Origin: Prochlorococcus marinus str. NATL2A | GTDB taxonomy: Bacteria; Cyanobacteriota; Cyanobacteriia; PCC-6307; Cyanobiaceae | Length of the DNA: 32,000 nucleotides | Reading direction: 5' to 3' | Assembly (NCBI RefSeq): GCF_000012465.1 | Contig: NC_007335.2 | Location: 240,001-272,000, forward strand | Shown here: in pieces, positions 10,120 through 19,918 of the stretch | Position numbering within the stretch: position 1 is the stretch's first letter | Layout: each line of letters opens with the position of its first letter | Translations under genes and position numbers: made by a program | The notes under the pieces: generated by a model | Told to the model about the DNA's origin: nothing | Seen by the model: the letters and a program-made list of their open reading frames with translations, nothing else | Databases searched by the model: none

Positions 10120-10401
10120 TTAAAGAGGAGTTGCTTCTGAAACATAAGCAACTCCTCCGTAGTAACTCAAAACAGATTTTATATTTTCTCTTATTTTATC
10201 AATTACCTCTTGCTCACAAAAAATAATTACATGTGCATTGGATCCAAATCCAGTAAATTCCATATCTTCTGTGACAATTCTTTCTGGGCCTCTTCCAGTT
10301 GCATGTTTCATAACCGTATAGCCAGGCACTTCAGCCTTTTCTAATGCTGATAAAACATCATCTAGTTCTCTTTCGCTAAAAATTAAGTCAAGTCTTTTCA
10401 T
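10120..10401 (-). CDS. sbtB: PII-like signalling protein, SbtB-type (short form)
   Basis: 93 aa with an ATG start. It shows a PII-fold pattern (ferredoxin-like core with a GYTV...ATGRG loop) and lies 11 nt downstream of the SbtA-like permease, the canonical sbtA-sbtB arrangement. Confidence 0.7.
   Translation of the reverse strand: MKRLDLIFSERELDDVLSALEKAEVPGYTVMKHATGRGPERIVTEDMEFTGFGSNAHVIIFCEQEVIDKIRENIKSVLSYYGGVAYVSEATPL
10125..10157. other. Perfect 12-bp hairpin in the trxB-like/sbtB convergent junction, inside the last codons of sbtB
   Basis: GAGGAGTTGCTT-(9 nt)-AAGCAACTCCTC. On the minus strand it is followed by TTTAAAAAATAAT. On the plus strand it lies 29 nt after the trxB-like stop with no T-run. 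Confidence 0.5.
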
Positions 10402-10412
10402 GTTTTTGAATA

Positions 10413-11405
10413 TTAAATTTGAGGAATCATTGTGTTTACTAAGCTCATATAAACAGGTATCCCAAATATTATGTTAAATGGAAAGGTTAACCCAAGAGTA
10501 GTTGAAATGTAATAACTGGGCCTGGCTTCAGGCACTGTCATTCTCATTGCTGTTGGTACAGCGAGATACGAAGCACTTGCACATAGAACAACAAATAAGA
10601 GTGCATTGCCTGAATCTAAATTTAGGAATTTTGCTACTACTGAACCTAATACTGCATTAATTATTGGCATCAGTATCGAAAACATAATGAGAAAAGCACC
10701 GGTTTTATTTAAACGAGCGAGTCGTTGAGCTGCCACAATTCCCATATCTAATAAAAAGAAACACTCAGCCCCATAAAAAAGTTCTCCAGTAAATGGTTCC
10801 ATCTTTTTAATGTCAGTGGGATCAACAGCTGATGTCAAAAAACCAATTAAAAGGCTTCCTAGTAATAAATAAACTGAACCATTAAGCATTGACTCATGAA
10901 GAATTGAGCCCCATTTCATTTTTCTTTTGATGGGCCTATTTTTTGTTGCTCCAAACTTGACTAATAGAAGACCAATTATTATTGCTGGAGACTCCATAAG
11001 TGCTAAAGCTGCAACCATAAAACCATCAAAGGGTATATTTTGACTTTCTAAAAAGCTTTCAGCAGTTATAAAAGTAACGGCACTTATTGACCCATATGCT
11101 GCAGATATTGCTGCTGCATTAAAAACATCAAATTTTAATCTCAGTATTACAAAGCAAATAAGAGGGATTAAAAGAGACATTAATATTGCAGCCACCACAG
11201 TAGGAAGAACTGGATAAGTAAAGCCACTTTTCTGAAGTTCAATCCCTCCTTTGAAGCCTATTGCAAGTAAAAGATATAAAGAAAATAATTTTGGTAGGGG
11301 AGCTGGAATCTCAAAATCAGACTTTAATGCGTATGCAATTGCACCCAAAAAGAAAAAAAGTATTGGTGGACTTAAAGCATTTTGGATGAAAAGGTTTTGG
11401 CCCAT
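10413..11405 (-). CDS. sbtA: SbtA-like (Sbt_1/DUF897) putative Na+-dependent bicarbonate permease
   Basis: 330 aa with an ATG start and about 10 hydrophobic segments. The N-terminal pattern SPPILFFFLGAIAYAL...IP...LLLAIGFKGG resembles the SbtA family, and it is paired with a PII-like gene. Confidence 0.7.
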   Translation of the reverse strand: MGQNLFIQNALSPPILFFFLGAIAYALKSDFEIPAPLPKLFSLYLLLAIGFKGGIELQKSGFTYPVLPTVVAAILMSLLIPLICFVILRLKFDVFNAAAISAAYGSISAVTFITAESFLESQNIPFDGFMVAALALMESPAIIIGLLLVKFGATKNRPIKRKMKWGSILHESMLNGSVYLLLGSLLIGFLTSAVDPTDIKKMEPFTGELFYGAECFFLLDMGIVAAQRLARLNKTGAFLIMFSILMPIINAVLGSVVAKFLNLDSGNALLFVVLCASASYLAVPTAMRMTVPEARPSYYISTTLGLTFPFNIIFGIPVYMSLVNTMIPQI

Positions 11406-11451
11406 ATCTGTTAGTTCTTAAAGTAAGCAAATTGGATGAAAATATTGATTA

Positions 11452-13119
11452 TTAACCATTCAAGCTGTCAATTGCAGCTACAAGCGCTTCCTTTCTAGTA
11501 CCAATTACATCAACTCCAAATTTAGCAAGTCTGTCCTTTACTCTTCCTGTTGCGCCAGCAACATATGCTTTCCTTGAGTTGCTTAGAGCTTCCTGAACCA
11601 TATCTTCTATTGCGAGAGTTGCCGTGACTCCAAGTCTAGGAACATCAGTGATATCAAGAATTAGAACTTTATAGTTTCTTACAAGCATCATTCTTTCAGT
11701 AATTCCTTTTGCTGCTCCAAAACTAAGTGGGCCTTTTAATCTGAATAGCATTACTTCTCCCGCACAACGATCTAAAAGTGCTTTCTCATCTGAGGGGAGT
11801 TGTGCATTTGCAGCATTGTTATTTGATGATGAATCGAATGGGTTGTCAGCTTCCATTCCTTCTAATTGTGTCTCTGTAATTGAATCGATTGTGAGCATAT
11901 TGGCTATGAATACTCCTACTAGTACAGCCCATATCAAGTCCCAGAAAACTGTCATAAAGAGGACTCCATACATCACACTTGCTGTTTTAAGCGAAAGTTT
12001 ATGAGCTCTTAAAAGAAATCCCCAATCAATAATGTCTAAGCCAACTTTTATTAAAATTCCTGCTAGAAGAGCTGTAGGAATTTGAGCGGCTAGAGGACCA
12101 GCACCAACAAGAACAAATAGCAATACAACTGAATGAACCATCCCTGAGATTGGAGTGGAACCTCCAGATTTGACATTTATGACTGTTCTCATGGTTGCCC
12201 CAGCACCTGGTAAACCTGTAAAAATTCCAGCTACTGCATTACCAATACCTTGTCCAATGAGTTCTCTATCAGAATTGTGCCTAGTTTGAGAAATATTGTC
12301 TGCGACAAGAGATGTAAGAAGAGAGTCAATAGCCCCAAGAACAGCAAGGACTAGTCCAGCTTTAAGAATAATTGGGAAGAAATTGCCAAGACTTGGATCT
12401 GGGAGACTTAAAGAAAGACCACCCTCAGGTATTGCACCTATCCTGTCTAGGGAACTATCGCCAAAAAGAAGTATTGATAAAGGAGTAACTATTAATAATG
12501 CTAAAAGAGGAGACGGGACCCATTGACTTATTTTACGGGGGGTCAGAAACACTATGGCAAGTGTCATTGTTGCAACTGCTATTGCAGCTCCATTTGGCTC
12601 GAAATTATTAAATAAAGTTGATAGAGACTCTAATACTCCTCCTCGAGTTGATATTCCAAGTAAAGGACCTATTTGAAGAGTAATTATGATTACTCCAATT
12701 CCAGACATAAAGCCTGAAACAACTGAGTATGGAACAAGTGTTATGTATTTACCAAGCCTTAGTAGGCCAAATAAAATCTGAAATAATCCTCCAATGACTA
12801 CCGCAGCCATTACTAGAGGAAGAATTTCGCCAGCAGATAAATCCCTAGGTACTCCTACAGCCGCCAAGCTCGCCACCACTCCAGCAACGGTTACACTCAT
12901 CGGCCCAGTCGGACCACTTACCTGAGCAGGCGTTCCTCCAAATAAAGCAGCGAGGAAGCCAACTACGACTGCCCCGTAAAGACCATAAATAGCGCCCCCA
13001 GGACCAAGAGCAGCATTACCAAACGCTAAAGCTAGTGGTAATGCCACAACTGCAGCTGTTAAGCCGCCTAAAACATCACCTCTAATATTTTTCAGGTGAA
13101 AGCCATTAATTAACGCCAA
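11452..13119 (-). CDS. bicA: SulP-family anion permease with C-terminal STAS domain (BicA-like)
   Basis: 555 aa. The TTG start is preceded by AGGAG 6 nt upstream. The SulP N-terminus is present (DVLGGLTAAVVALPLALAF), with many TM segments and a C-terminal STAS-like domain (VLILDITDVPRLGVTATLAIEDM). Confidence 0.8.
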   Translation of the reverse strand: MALINGFHLKNIRGDVLGGLTAAVVALPLALAFGNAALGPGGAIYGLYGAVVVGFLAALFGGTPAQVSGPTGPMSVTVAGVVASLAAVGVPRDLSAGEILPLVMAAVVIGGLFQILFGLLRLGKYITLVPYSVVSGFMSGIGVIIITLQIGPLLGISTRGGVLESLSTLFNNFEPNGAAIAVATMTLAIVFLTPRKISQWVPSPLLALLIVTPLSILLFGDSSLDRIGAIPEGGLSLSLPDPSLGNFFPIILKAGLVLAVLGAIDSLLTSLVADNISQTRHNSDRELIGQGIGNAVAGIFTGLPGAGATMRTVINVKSGGSTPISGMVHSVVLLFVLVGAGPLAAQIPTALLAGILIKVGLDIIDWGFLLRAHKLSLKTASVMYGVLFMTVFWDLIWAVLVGVFIANMLTIDSITETQLEGMEADNPFDSSSNNNAANAQLPSDEKALLDRCAGEVMLFRLKGPLSFGAAKGITERMMLVRNYKVLILDITDVPRLGVTATLAIEDMVQEALSNSRKAYVAGATGRVKDRLAKFGVDVIGTRKEALVAAIDSLNG

Positions 13120-13261
13120 TCGACTCTCCTTACTTGATTTGACTTGAGTAAGCCTATCTCTTCAAGGTTCAATTACGTTCAGCATTCTCAATTTTTACAT
13201 ACTAGATTTAGACAAAATTAGAAAAAGATTGACTCTTAGCACTTGAAAAAGCTTTATTTTC

Positions 13262-14197
13262 ATGGAATTAAACGGTTTTAAGGATTATTTCAAAATTCTT
13301 GGCATTAGCAGAAATGCTACCGATCAAGAAATTAAAAGTGCATTCAGAAAACTTGCTAGACAATTTCATCCTGATTTACATCCACATGATCAGAAGGCTG
13401 AGTCGGAATTCAAAGAAATCAATGAAGCTTACGAGATTCTTTCTGATGAGGCTAAAAAAAAGTCTTATGAACAATATTTAAGTTATTGGTTAAAAAAAAG
13501 AGCTGGAAAATATAGAGATTTTTCCACAGAAAATAATGAAAACCAATTTGATGAATATCTAAACTTTGATGATTTTTTGAGTGATTTAATTGGAAGATTT
13601 AGTGAGGTTAGTCAAGATATTTACTCAAATATATCTTCAAATAAGAATGCACAATCACTAAATCTTGATGCAGAATTTAATTTGCAGATTAGTTTTTTAG
13701 AAGCTTTGAATGGAGCAAAAAAAAATCTTTTGGTGAATGATGAACGTATAGAGGTAACAATCCCACAAGGAATTGAAACAGGATCAAAAATACGTATTAA
13801 AAATAAGGGCAACATACAGTCTGGAAAAGGGAAAAGAGGAGATTTATTGATTGAGGTCAGTGTTAAATCTCATCCGATTTGGAAAGTAAAAGGTTTAGAT
13901 GTTTATGCAGATTTACCTCTTTCTTTAGATGAATTTGCTTTGGGAGCAAATATTATGGTTGTCTCTCCTCAAGGTGACACATATCTATCAATACCTTCTG
14001 GAAGTTTACCCGAGCAAAAATTGAGATTACAAGGCCAAGGATTACATAACTTAGATACCCAAGGAGATTTGTTTTTTACTCTAAAACTAAAGTTACCTGA
14101 AAATTGGTCAGCTGATGAGCTGAGACTTCTTGAAAAGCTTAGATCTGTTCGAATAGATGAACCTCGATCAAGCTGGTTCGAGAAGGCTAGGACTTAA
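13262..14197 (+). CDS. DnaJ-domain co-chaperone without zinc-finger region (CbpA/type II-like)
   Basis: 311 aa with an ATG start. The J-domain with the HPD motif is present (DYFKILGISRNATDQEIKSAFRKLARQFHPD), as is a DnaJ C-terminal beta domain. There are no CxxCxGxG repeats. Confidence 0.85.
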   Translation: MELNGFKDYFKILGISRNATDQEIKSAFRKLARQFHPDLHPHDQKAESEFKEINEAYEILSDEAKKKSYEQYLSYWLKKRAGKYRDFSTENNENQFDEYLNFDDFLSDLIGRFSEVSQDIYSNISSNKNAQSLNLDAEFNLQISFLEALNGAKKNLLVNDERIEVTIPQGIETGSKIRIKNKGNIQSGKGKRGDLLIEVSVKSHPIWKVKGLDVYADLPLSLDEFALGANIMVVSPQGDTYLSIPSGSLPEQKLRLQGQGLHNLDTQGDLFFTLKLKLPENWSADELRLLEKLRSVRIDEPRSSWFEKART

Positions 14198-14222
14198 AGG
14201 AAGTAAAATGTAGTTATCTTGA

Positions 14223-15230
14223 TTGGTCCATATGGATCTTACTTATCGGCCCCGTCGTCTTCGCAGAACAAACTCTTTAAGAGAGATGGTTCGAGAGAAC
14301 ACTGTCTCTGCTTCTGACTTTATCTACCCTCTTTTTGTTCATGAAGGGTCAGATACTCAAGAAATAGCCGCGATGCCAGGTACAAGTCGCTGGCCCATAG
14401 ATGGATTGATTGATGAAGTTAAGCGTGCTTGGAATCTAGGTATTAGATGTGTCGTTATTTTCCCAAAAGTTCCTGACGAGCAAAAAACAGAAGATGGAGC
14501 TGAATGCTTTAATGAAAAAGGTTTAATACCAAGGACTATTGAAAGATTGAAAAAAGAGATACCGGAAATGTGTGTTATGACTGATGTTGCTTTAGATCCT
14601 TATTCTTGTGATGGTCATGATGGAATAGTTAGTGATGACGGGATAATTTTGAATGATGCAACTGTTAATTATTTGTGTAAACAAGCTGTTGTTCAGGCAC
14701 GAGCTGGAGCAGATTTAATTGGCCCAAGTGACATGATGGATGGAAGAGTTGGAGCAATAAGAGAAGCCTTAGATGATGAAGGTTTTGAACATGTAGGAAT
14801 AATTAGTTATACGGCAAAATATTCATCTGCATATTATGGACCGTTTAGAGAAGCTTTAGATTCTGCTCCTAGATCAATATCTAATAAGCCTATTCCGAAA
14901 AATAAAAACACCTATCAGATGGATCCAGCTAATGCTAGGGAAGCAATAACTGAAGCTCAGCTTGACGAACAAGAAGGATCAGACATTCTCATGGTTAAAC
15001 CAGGTTTGGCTTACTTAGATATTATTTACCGTTTAAGAGAAGAATCAGAACTACCTATCGCTGCGTATAACGTAAGTGGGGAGTACTCGATGGTCAAAGC
15101 TGCTGCTCAAAGAGGCTGGATAGATGAAAGAGAAATTGTTTTGGAAACCTTATTGAGTTTTAAAAGAGCAGGAGCAAATCTGATCCTTACATATCACGCA
15201 TGTGATGCCGCAGGATGGTTAAAAGAATAA
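14223..15230 (+). CDS. hemB: Porphobilinogen synthase (delta-aminolevulinate dehydratase), Asp-rich (Mg-type) metal site
   Basis: The RPRRLRR N-terminal motif is present. DVALDPYSCDGHDG occupies the metal site in place of a Cys-rich Zn site. The active-site region MVKPG is present. The maximal ORF starts at TTG 14223, but the ATG at 14232 (MDLTYRPRRLRR) is at least as likely. Confidence 0.93.
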   Translation: MVHMDLTYRPRRLRRTNSLREMVRENTVSASDFIYPLFVHEGSDTQEIAAMPGTSRWPIDGLIDEVKRAWNLGIRCVVIFPKVPDEQKTEDGAECFNEKGLIPRTIERLKKEIPEMCVMTDVALDPYSCDGHDGIVSDDGIILNDATVNYLCKQAVVQARAGADLIGPSDMMDGRVGAIREALDDEGFEHVGIISYTAKYSSAYYGPFREALDSAPRSISNKPIPKNKNTYQMDPANAREAITEAQLDEQEGSDILMVKPGLAYLDIIYRLREESELPIAAYNVSGEYSMVKAAAQRGWIDEREIVLETLLSFKRAGANLILTYHACDAAGWLKE

Positions 15231-15278
15231 TAAAGTTGATTAAGAAAATTACTAAAATTTGACCTTCAATCAAAAGTA

Positions 15279-15683
15279 ATGCAAAAAAAACAGTCTGAAT
15301 TAAATATTGAAAGTGTTCATCGACTCGGTCATGTTGCTATAAGAGTTGAGGATGTCAACAGAGCTAAAAGCTTTTATATGGCCTTGGGAATGAAGCTCAT
15401 ATGGGATGATACTGATTGGTGTTACTTAGAGGCGGGGGATAGTAAAGATGGTTTAGCTTTACTTGGCCCTAGCTATAAAGCTGCTGGTCCTCATTTCGCA
15501 TTTCATTTCACTAATAAAGATGAGATCAAGAGAATTCATGACTCTCTAAAAAAACAAGGGATCAAGGTTGGTGCTTTGCATGATCATCGAGATGGGACTT
15601 CTTCTTTTTATTTAAAAGATACAGAAGGTAATTGGTTAGAAATGCTTTATCACCCATCAACAGGAATACCAACAAATCAATAG
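15279..15683 (+). CDS. VOC (glyoxalase/bleomycin-resistance/dioxygenase) superfamily protein
   Basis: 134 aa with an ATG start. It shows the GHVAIRVEDVNRAKSFYMALGM beta-alpha-beta-beta-beta module and C-terminal FYLKDTEGNWLEM, both typical of the VOC fold. Confidence 0.75.
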   Translation: MQKKQSELNIESVHRLGHVAIRVEDVNRAKSFYMALGMKLIWDDTDWCYLEAGDSKDGLALLGPSYKAAGPHFAFHFTNKDEIKRIHDSLKKQGIKVGALHDHRDGTSSFYLKDTEGNWLEMLYHPSTGIPTNQ

Positions 15684-15698
15684 ACTTTAGCTAGACGA

Positions 15699-18113
15699 AT
15701 GGGATTAACAAAAAATCATGATGATTCTAAAAAGACACAAATAATATCAGAGTCTTTGGATTTGCTTGAATGGCCAACTGTTTGTAGCCATTTGTCTACA
15801 TTCGCTCTTACTCAACAAGGTCGTAAAAAATGTGAAAGCTTTGATTTGCCACGAAATCTATCTTTAAGCCAAGAGCTATTGTCCCAAACATTAGAAATTG
15901 GGTCATTAGATAGTTCTCTTAATGAAGGAATATCTTTTGATGGTGTTCATGATTTGGAAAATATACTTTTGATATGCTCCAAAGGAGGTATTGCTATTGG
16001 TGAGGATTTATTAAAAGTAGCTGATACTTTAAGAGCTGCTAGAAAATTACGAAAACTAATATTTGATCAAGTGATACGTCCACGACTTTCTGAATTACTC
16101 AAAGATGTTGCAACTTTACCAGATTTGCAAAAACTCCTCGAATTTGGGCTTGATGAAGGTGGGCGAATTGCAGATCGTGCTAGCCCAAAGCTTTCTGAAT
16201 TACGACGTTATAGAAATTCCGTACGTCTTCAAAGAAAAGATATTCTTCAAGATATCATCCGGAAATATGGTGGATTACTTCAAGATAATATTATTTCAGA
16301 GAGGTATGGACGACCTGTTTTAGCTTTTAAGGCTGGGACTTCTGATCAAATCAAAGGAATGGTTCATGATAGTTCGGCCTCTGGGAACACGATATATGTC
16401 GAGCCCCAAGTTGTCATATCAATAGGAAATCGTTTAGCTAAGATAGATTCTGAAATCTCAGATGAAGAGAGGAGACTTTTAGCTGATTGGAGTAAAGAGG
16501 TTGGTCTTAATGCAATTGTAATAGCTCATTTAGTAGAGATCCTTTTGCAAATTGAGTTTGCATTGTCTCGAGCACGTTATTCTAAATGGCTTAATGGGGT
16601 CCCTGCAATTCTAGATCAAGAAGAACATTCACCCTTTGAGATCAAAGATTTTCGTCATCCTTTATTAGTATGGAATGACTTCTATGAGAAAAAGAATACA
16701 GTAGTTCCAACTAGTTTTGATGTCGCCCCTGATTTAAAAGTTGTTGCGATTACAGGCCCTAATACTGGAGGGAAAACAGTTGCTTTGAAAAGTATTGGTT
16801 TAGCAGTTTTAATGGCAAAAGCGGGGTTGCTTTTGCCATGTACAGGCTCACCAAGATTACCATGGTGTAAAAATGTTTTCGCTGATATTGGTGATGAGCA
16901 ATCTTTACAGCAAAATTTGTCTACATTTAGCGGACATATTCTTCGTATAAGTCGAATACTCGACGCTATAGATGTGTTCCCTGGTACGACTCTCGTTCTT
17001 TTAGATGAAGTTGGAGCTGGAACTGATCCAACTGAAGGCACAGCATTGGCCATGGCACTCCTACAGGTAATGGCTAATAGAGCAAGATTAACTATCGCGA
17101 CTACTCATTTTGGACAATTAAAAGCGCTCAAATATAGTGATTCAAGATTTGAAAATGCTTCAGTTTCTTTTGATAGTGAAACTATACAACCAACTTTTCA
17201 TTTGCAATGGGGAATTCCTGGTCGAAGTAATGCAATTGAAATTTCAAAGAGACTTGGTCTCGATGAGCAAGTAATTATAAGTGCTCAAAAATTTATCAAT
17301 CCTGAAAGGGTTGATAATGTTAATCAAGTTATTCAAGGCTTAGAAAAACAACGCGAGCGTCAGCAATCAGCAGCTGAAGATGCTGCTGCATTATTGGCTA
17401 AAACCGAATTACTACATGAGGAATTACTTAATAGTTGGCAGAAACAACGTCAACAATCGGAAGAGTTTAATGAACAAGGAAGGTTTAAATTGGAGTCATC
17501 AATTCGTGAAGGTCAAAAAGAAGTTAGACATTTAATTAAACGCTTGCGCGATCAAAACGCTAGTGGTGAGACAGCAAGAATTGCCGGTCAACGATTACGG
17601 CAAATAGAAAAGGGATATCGAAACGACAAGCGAATTAACCACACACAGAGTTGGACACCAAAGATTGGGGAAAAAGTTAGATTGTCTTCTATTGGTAAAG
17701 CAGGTGAAATAATTTCTTTTTCAGATGATGGAATGCAATTAACAGTGCTATGCGGCGTATTTCGAAGCAAAGTCAATTTAACCGAAGTTGAAAGTCTTGA
17801 TGGTCAAAAGGTCGAAATAAACCAAAGTGTGCAAGTAAAAACTTCGCAGGTAAGAAAGAATTTATCTTTAGTAAGAACTAAAAAAAACACCTTAGATGTA
17901 AGAGGGTTACGCGTTCATGAAGCCGAGGGGGTAATTGAAGAAAAATTGAGAAATTGTTCCGGAGCTTTATGGGTTATTCATGGAATTGGTTCTGGAAAAC
18001 TGAAAAAAGGTTTGAGGAAATGGTTTGATTCACTTCCATATATTGAAAAAGTAGCCGATGCTGAACCTCATGATGGCGGCCCTGGATGTAGCGTTGTGTG
18101 GATGGTTGATTGA
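15699..18113 (+). CDS. mutS2: Endonuclease MutS2 (MutS domain V ATPase plus C-terminal Smr domain)
   Basis: 804 aa. It has Walker A GPNTGGKT, LLDEVGAGTDP and TTHF, then a coiled-coil linker and an Smr domain (LDVRGLRVHEA...WVIHGIGSGKLK). Confidence 0.93.
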   Translation: MGLTKNHDDSKKTQIISESLDLLEWPTVCSHLSTFALTQQGRKKCESFDLPRNLSLSQELLSQTLEIGSLDSSLNEGISFDGVHDLENILLICSKGGIAIGEDLLKVADTLRAARKLRKLIFDQVIRPRLSELLKDVATLPDLQKLLEFGLDEGGRIADRASPKLSELRRYRNSVRLQRKDILQDIIRKYGGLLQDNIISERYGRPVLAFKAGTSDQIKGMVHDSSASGNTIYVEPQVVISIGNRLAKIDSEISDEERRLLADWSKEVGLNAIVIAHLVEILLQIEFALSRARYSKWLNGVPAILDQEEHSPFEIKDFRHPLLVWNDFYEKKNTVVPTSFDVAPDLKVVAITGPNTGGKTVALKSIGLAVLMAKAGLLLPCTGSPRLPWCKNVFADIGDEQSLQQNLSTFSGHILRISRILDAIDVFPGTTLVLLDEVGAGTDPTEGTALAMALLQVMANRARLTIATTHFGQLKALKYSDSRFENASVSFDSETIQPTFHLQWGIPGRSNAIEISKRLGLDEQVIISAQKFINPERVDNVNQVIQGLEKQRERQQSAAEDAAALLAKTELLHEELLNSWQKQRQQSEEFNEQGRFKLESSIREGQKEVRHLIKRLRDQNASGETARIAGQRLRQIEKGYRNDKRINHTQSWTPKIGEKVRLSSIGKAGEIISFSDDGMQLTVLCGVFRSKVNLTEVESLDGQKVEINQSVQVKTSQVRKNLSLVRTKKNTLDVRGLRVHEAEGVIEEKLRNCSGALWVIHGIGSGKLKKGLRKWFDSLPYIEKVADAEPHDGGPGCSVVWMVD

Positions 18114-18212
18114 AATTGAGGTGAAATTTATAAACAGTGTTTTCAGTTCTTTAATTTAGCAAGGATGAATGTAAGAATTATTATTTAGTTAATTGATTAA
18201 AGATATTTCTAA

Positions 18213-19202
<990 letters not shown>

Positions 19203-19279
19203 TTAATTGTTATGAGTGAATCATACCTACTTGTCTTACAGTTGTTTCTTGGTCATAACTAAAGAGAGTTATTAAAATT

Positions 19280-19462
19280 ATGGATTTTTACAGTTGTTTT
19301 GATGGACAAGGAGAAATTATTGCTCGCTGCCAGACAGATCAAGATATTAATGTTCTGAAGAAAATGGGTAGACCAATCGCTGAAGTACGTCACATGAAAA
19401 ATGAGGAGGCAGTTGTTTGCTCTTTAACTGGAAGTCCTTCAGATTTTAATATGGATTATTAA
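19280..19462 (+). CDS. Hypothetical 60-aa protein
   Basis: ATG-initiated ORF with non-repetitive, protein-like composition. It is followed 8 nt later by a strong palindromic terminator. I recognise no domain. Confidence 0.45.
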   Translation: MDFYSCFDGQGEIIARCQTDQDINVLKKMGRPIAEVRHMKNEEAVVCSLTGSPSDFNMDY

Positions 19463-19470
19463 TAGGATCT

Positions 19471-19516
19471 AATAGACCAAAAAAGGGAGGCTATAGCCTC
19501 CCTTTTTTGGTCTATT
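19471..19516. terminator. Bidirectional intrinsic terminator (46-nt perfect palindrome)
   Basis: AATAGACCAAAAAAGGGAGGCTA / TAGCCTCCCTTTTTTGGTCTATT. The GC core stem GGGAGGC-TATA-GCCTCCC is followed by T6 on both strands. It lies between the convergent 60-aa ORF and cp12. Confidence 0.9.
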
Positions 19517-19531
19517 AATTGTTTTTAAATA

Positions 19532-19750
19532 TTAATCGTCGTATACCAAGCACTCAGGTTCGTCAGGGTTGGCGTCGCAGAAGAGTTCCAGAGCATTTGG
19601 GTCATGCTTGTCTTCAGGATGATGCTCTTTATATTCCTTGAGAGAATTAAGTTCATCTTCTAAATGATGGAGCTTGGAATCATTACCCTGAGCTTTTGCT
19701 TCTTGGATCTCGGATTCATCCTTTTTAATATGCTCGTCAATAGTTTTCAT
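19532..19750 (-). CDS. cp12: CP12-family protein (C-terminal Cys pair only)
   Basis: 72 aa with an ATG start. The C-terminus LELFCDANPDEPECLVYDD matches the CP12 C-x8-C...YDD GAPDH-binding end. Confidence 0.85.
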   Translation of the reverse strand: MKTIDEHIKKDESEIQEAKAQGNDSKLHHLEDELNSLKEYKEHHPEDKHDPNALELFCDANPDEPECLVYDD

Positions 19751-19918
19751 AGCGTCTTTTAGGAGCAGGATCGTTTGACTAACACATTAATTATGACGGA
19801 GGAATATTGCACGTGGATTGTAAATTTGGTTGGATTTCCTCACCATTCCCTGACTTAAGACCTACAAAAATTATCTTTGTGTGGGTTTTCTCTTTGAATT
19901 GACAATTGGTTGATTTAT

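Noticed and set aside
13129-13152. Imperfect inverted repeat CTTACTTGA-TTTGAC-TTGAGTAAG just upstream of the BicA-like start.
   Set aside because: Two of the nine pairs are G.T only on the plus strand. On the minus strand, which is the sense strand of the operon, they become C.A mismatches and leave a 6-bp AT-rich stem. That is too weak to call.
19800-19860. CCTCAC-containing stretch (GGATTTCCTCACCATTCCC) upstream of cp12 that loosely recalls the conserved single-stranded motif of the cyanobacterial sRNA Yfr1. Also a CACGTG palindrome.
   Set aside because: The motif does not match (as I recall it, ACUCCUCACAC). It lacks flanking stem-loops and a terminator. It is most simply the cp12 promoter region.
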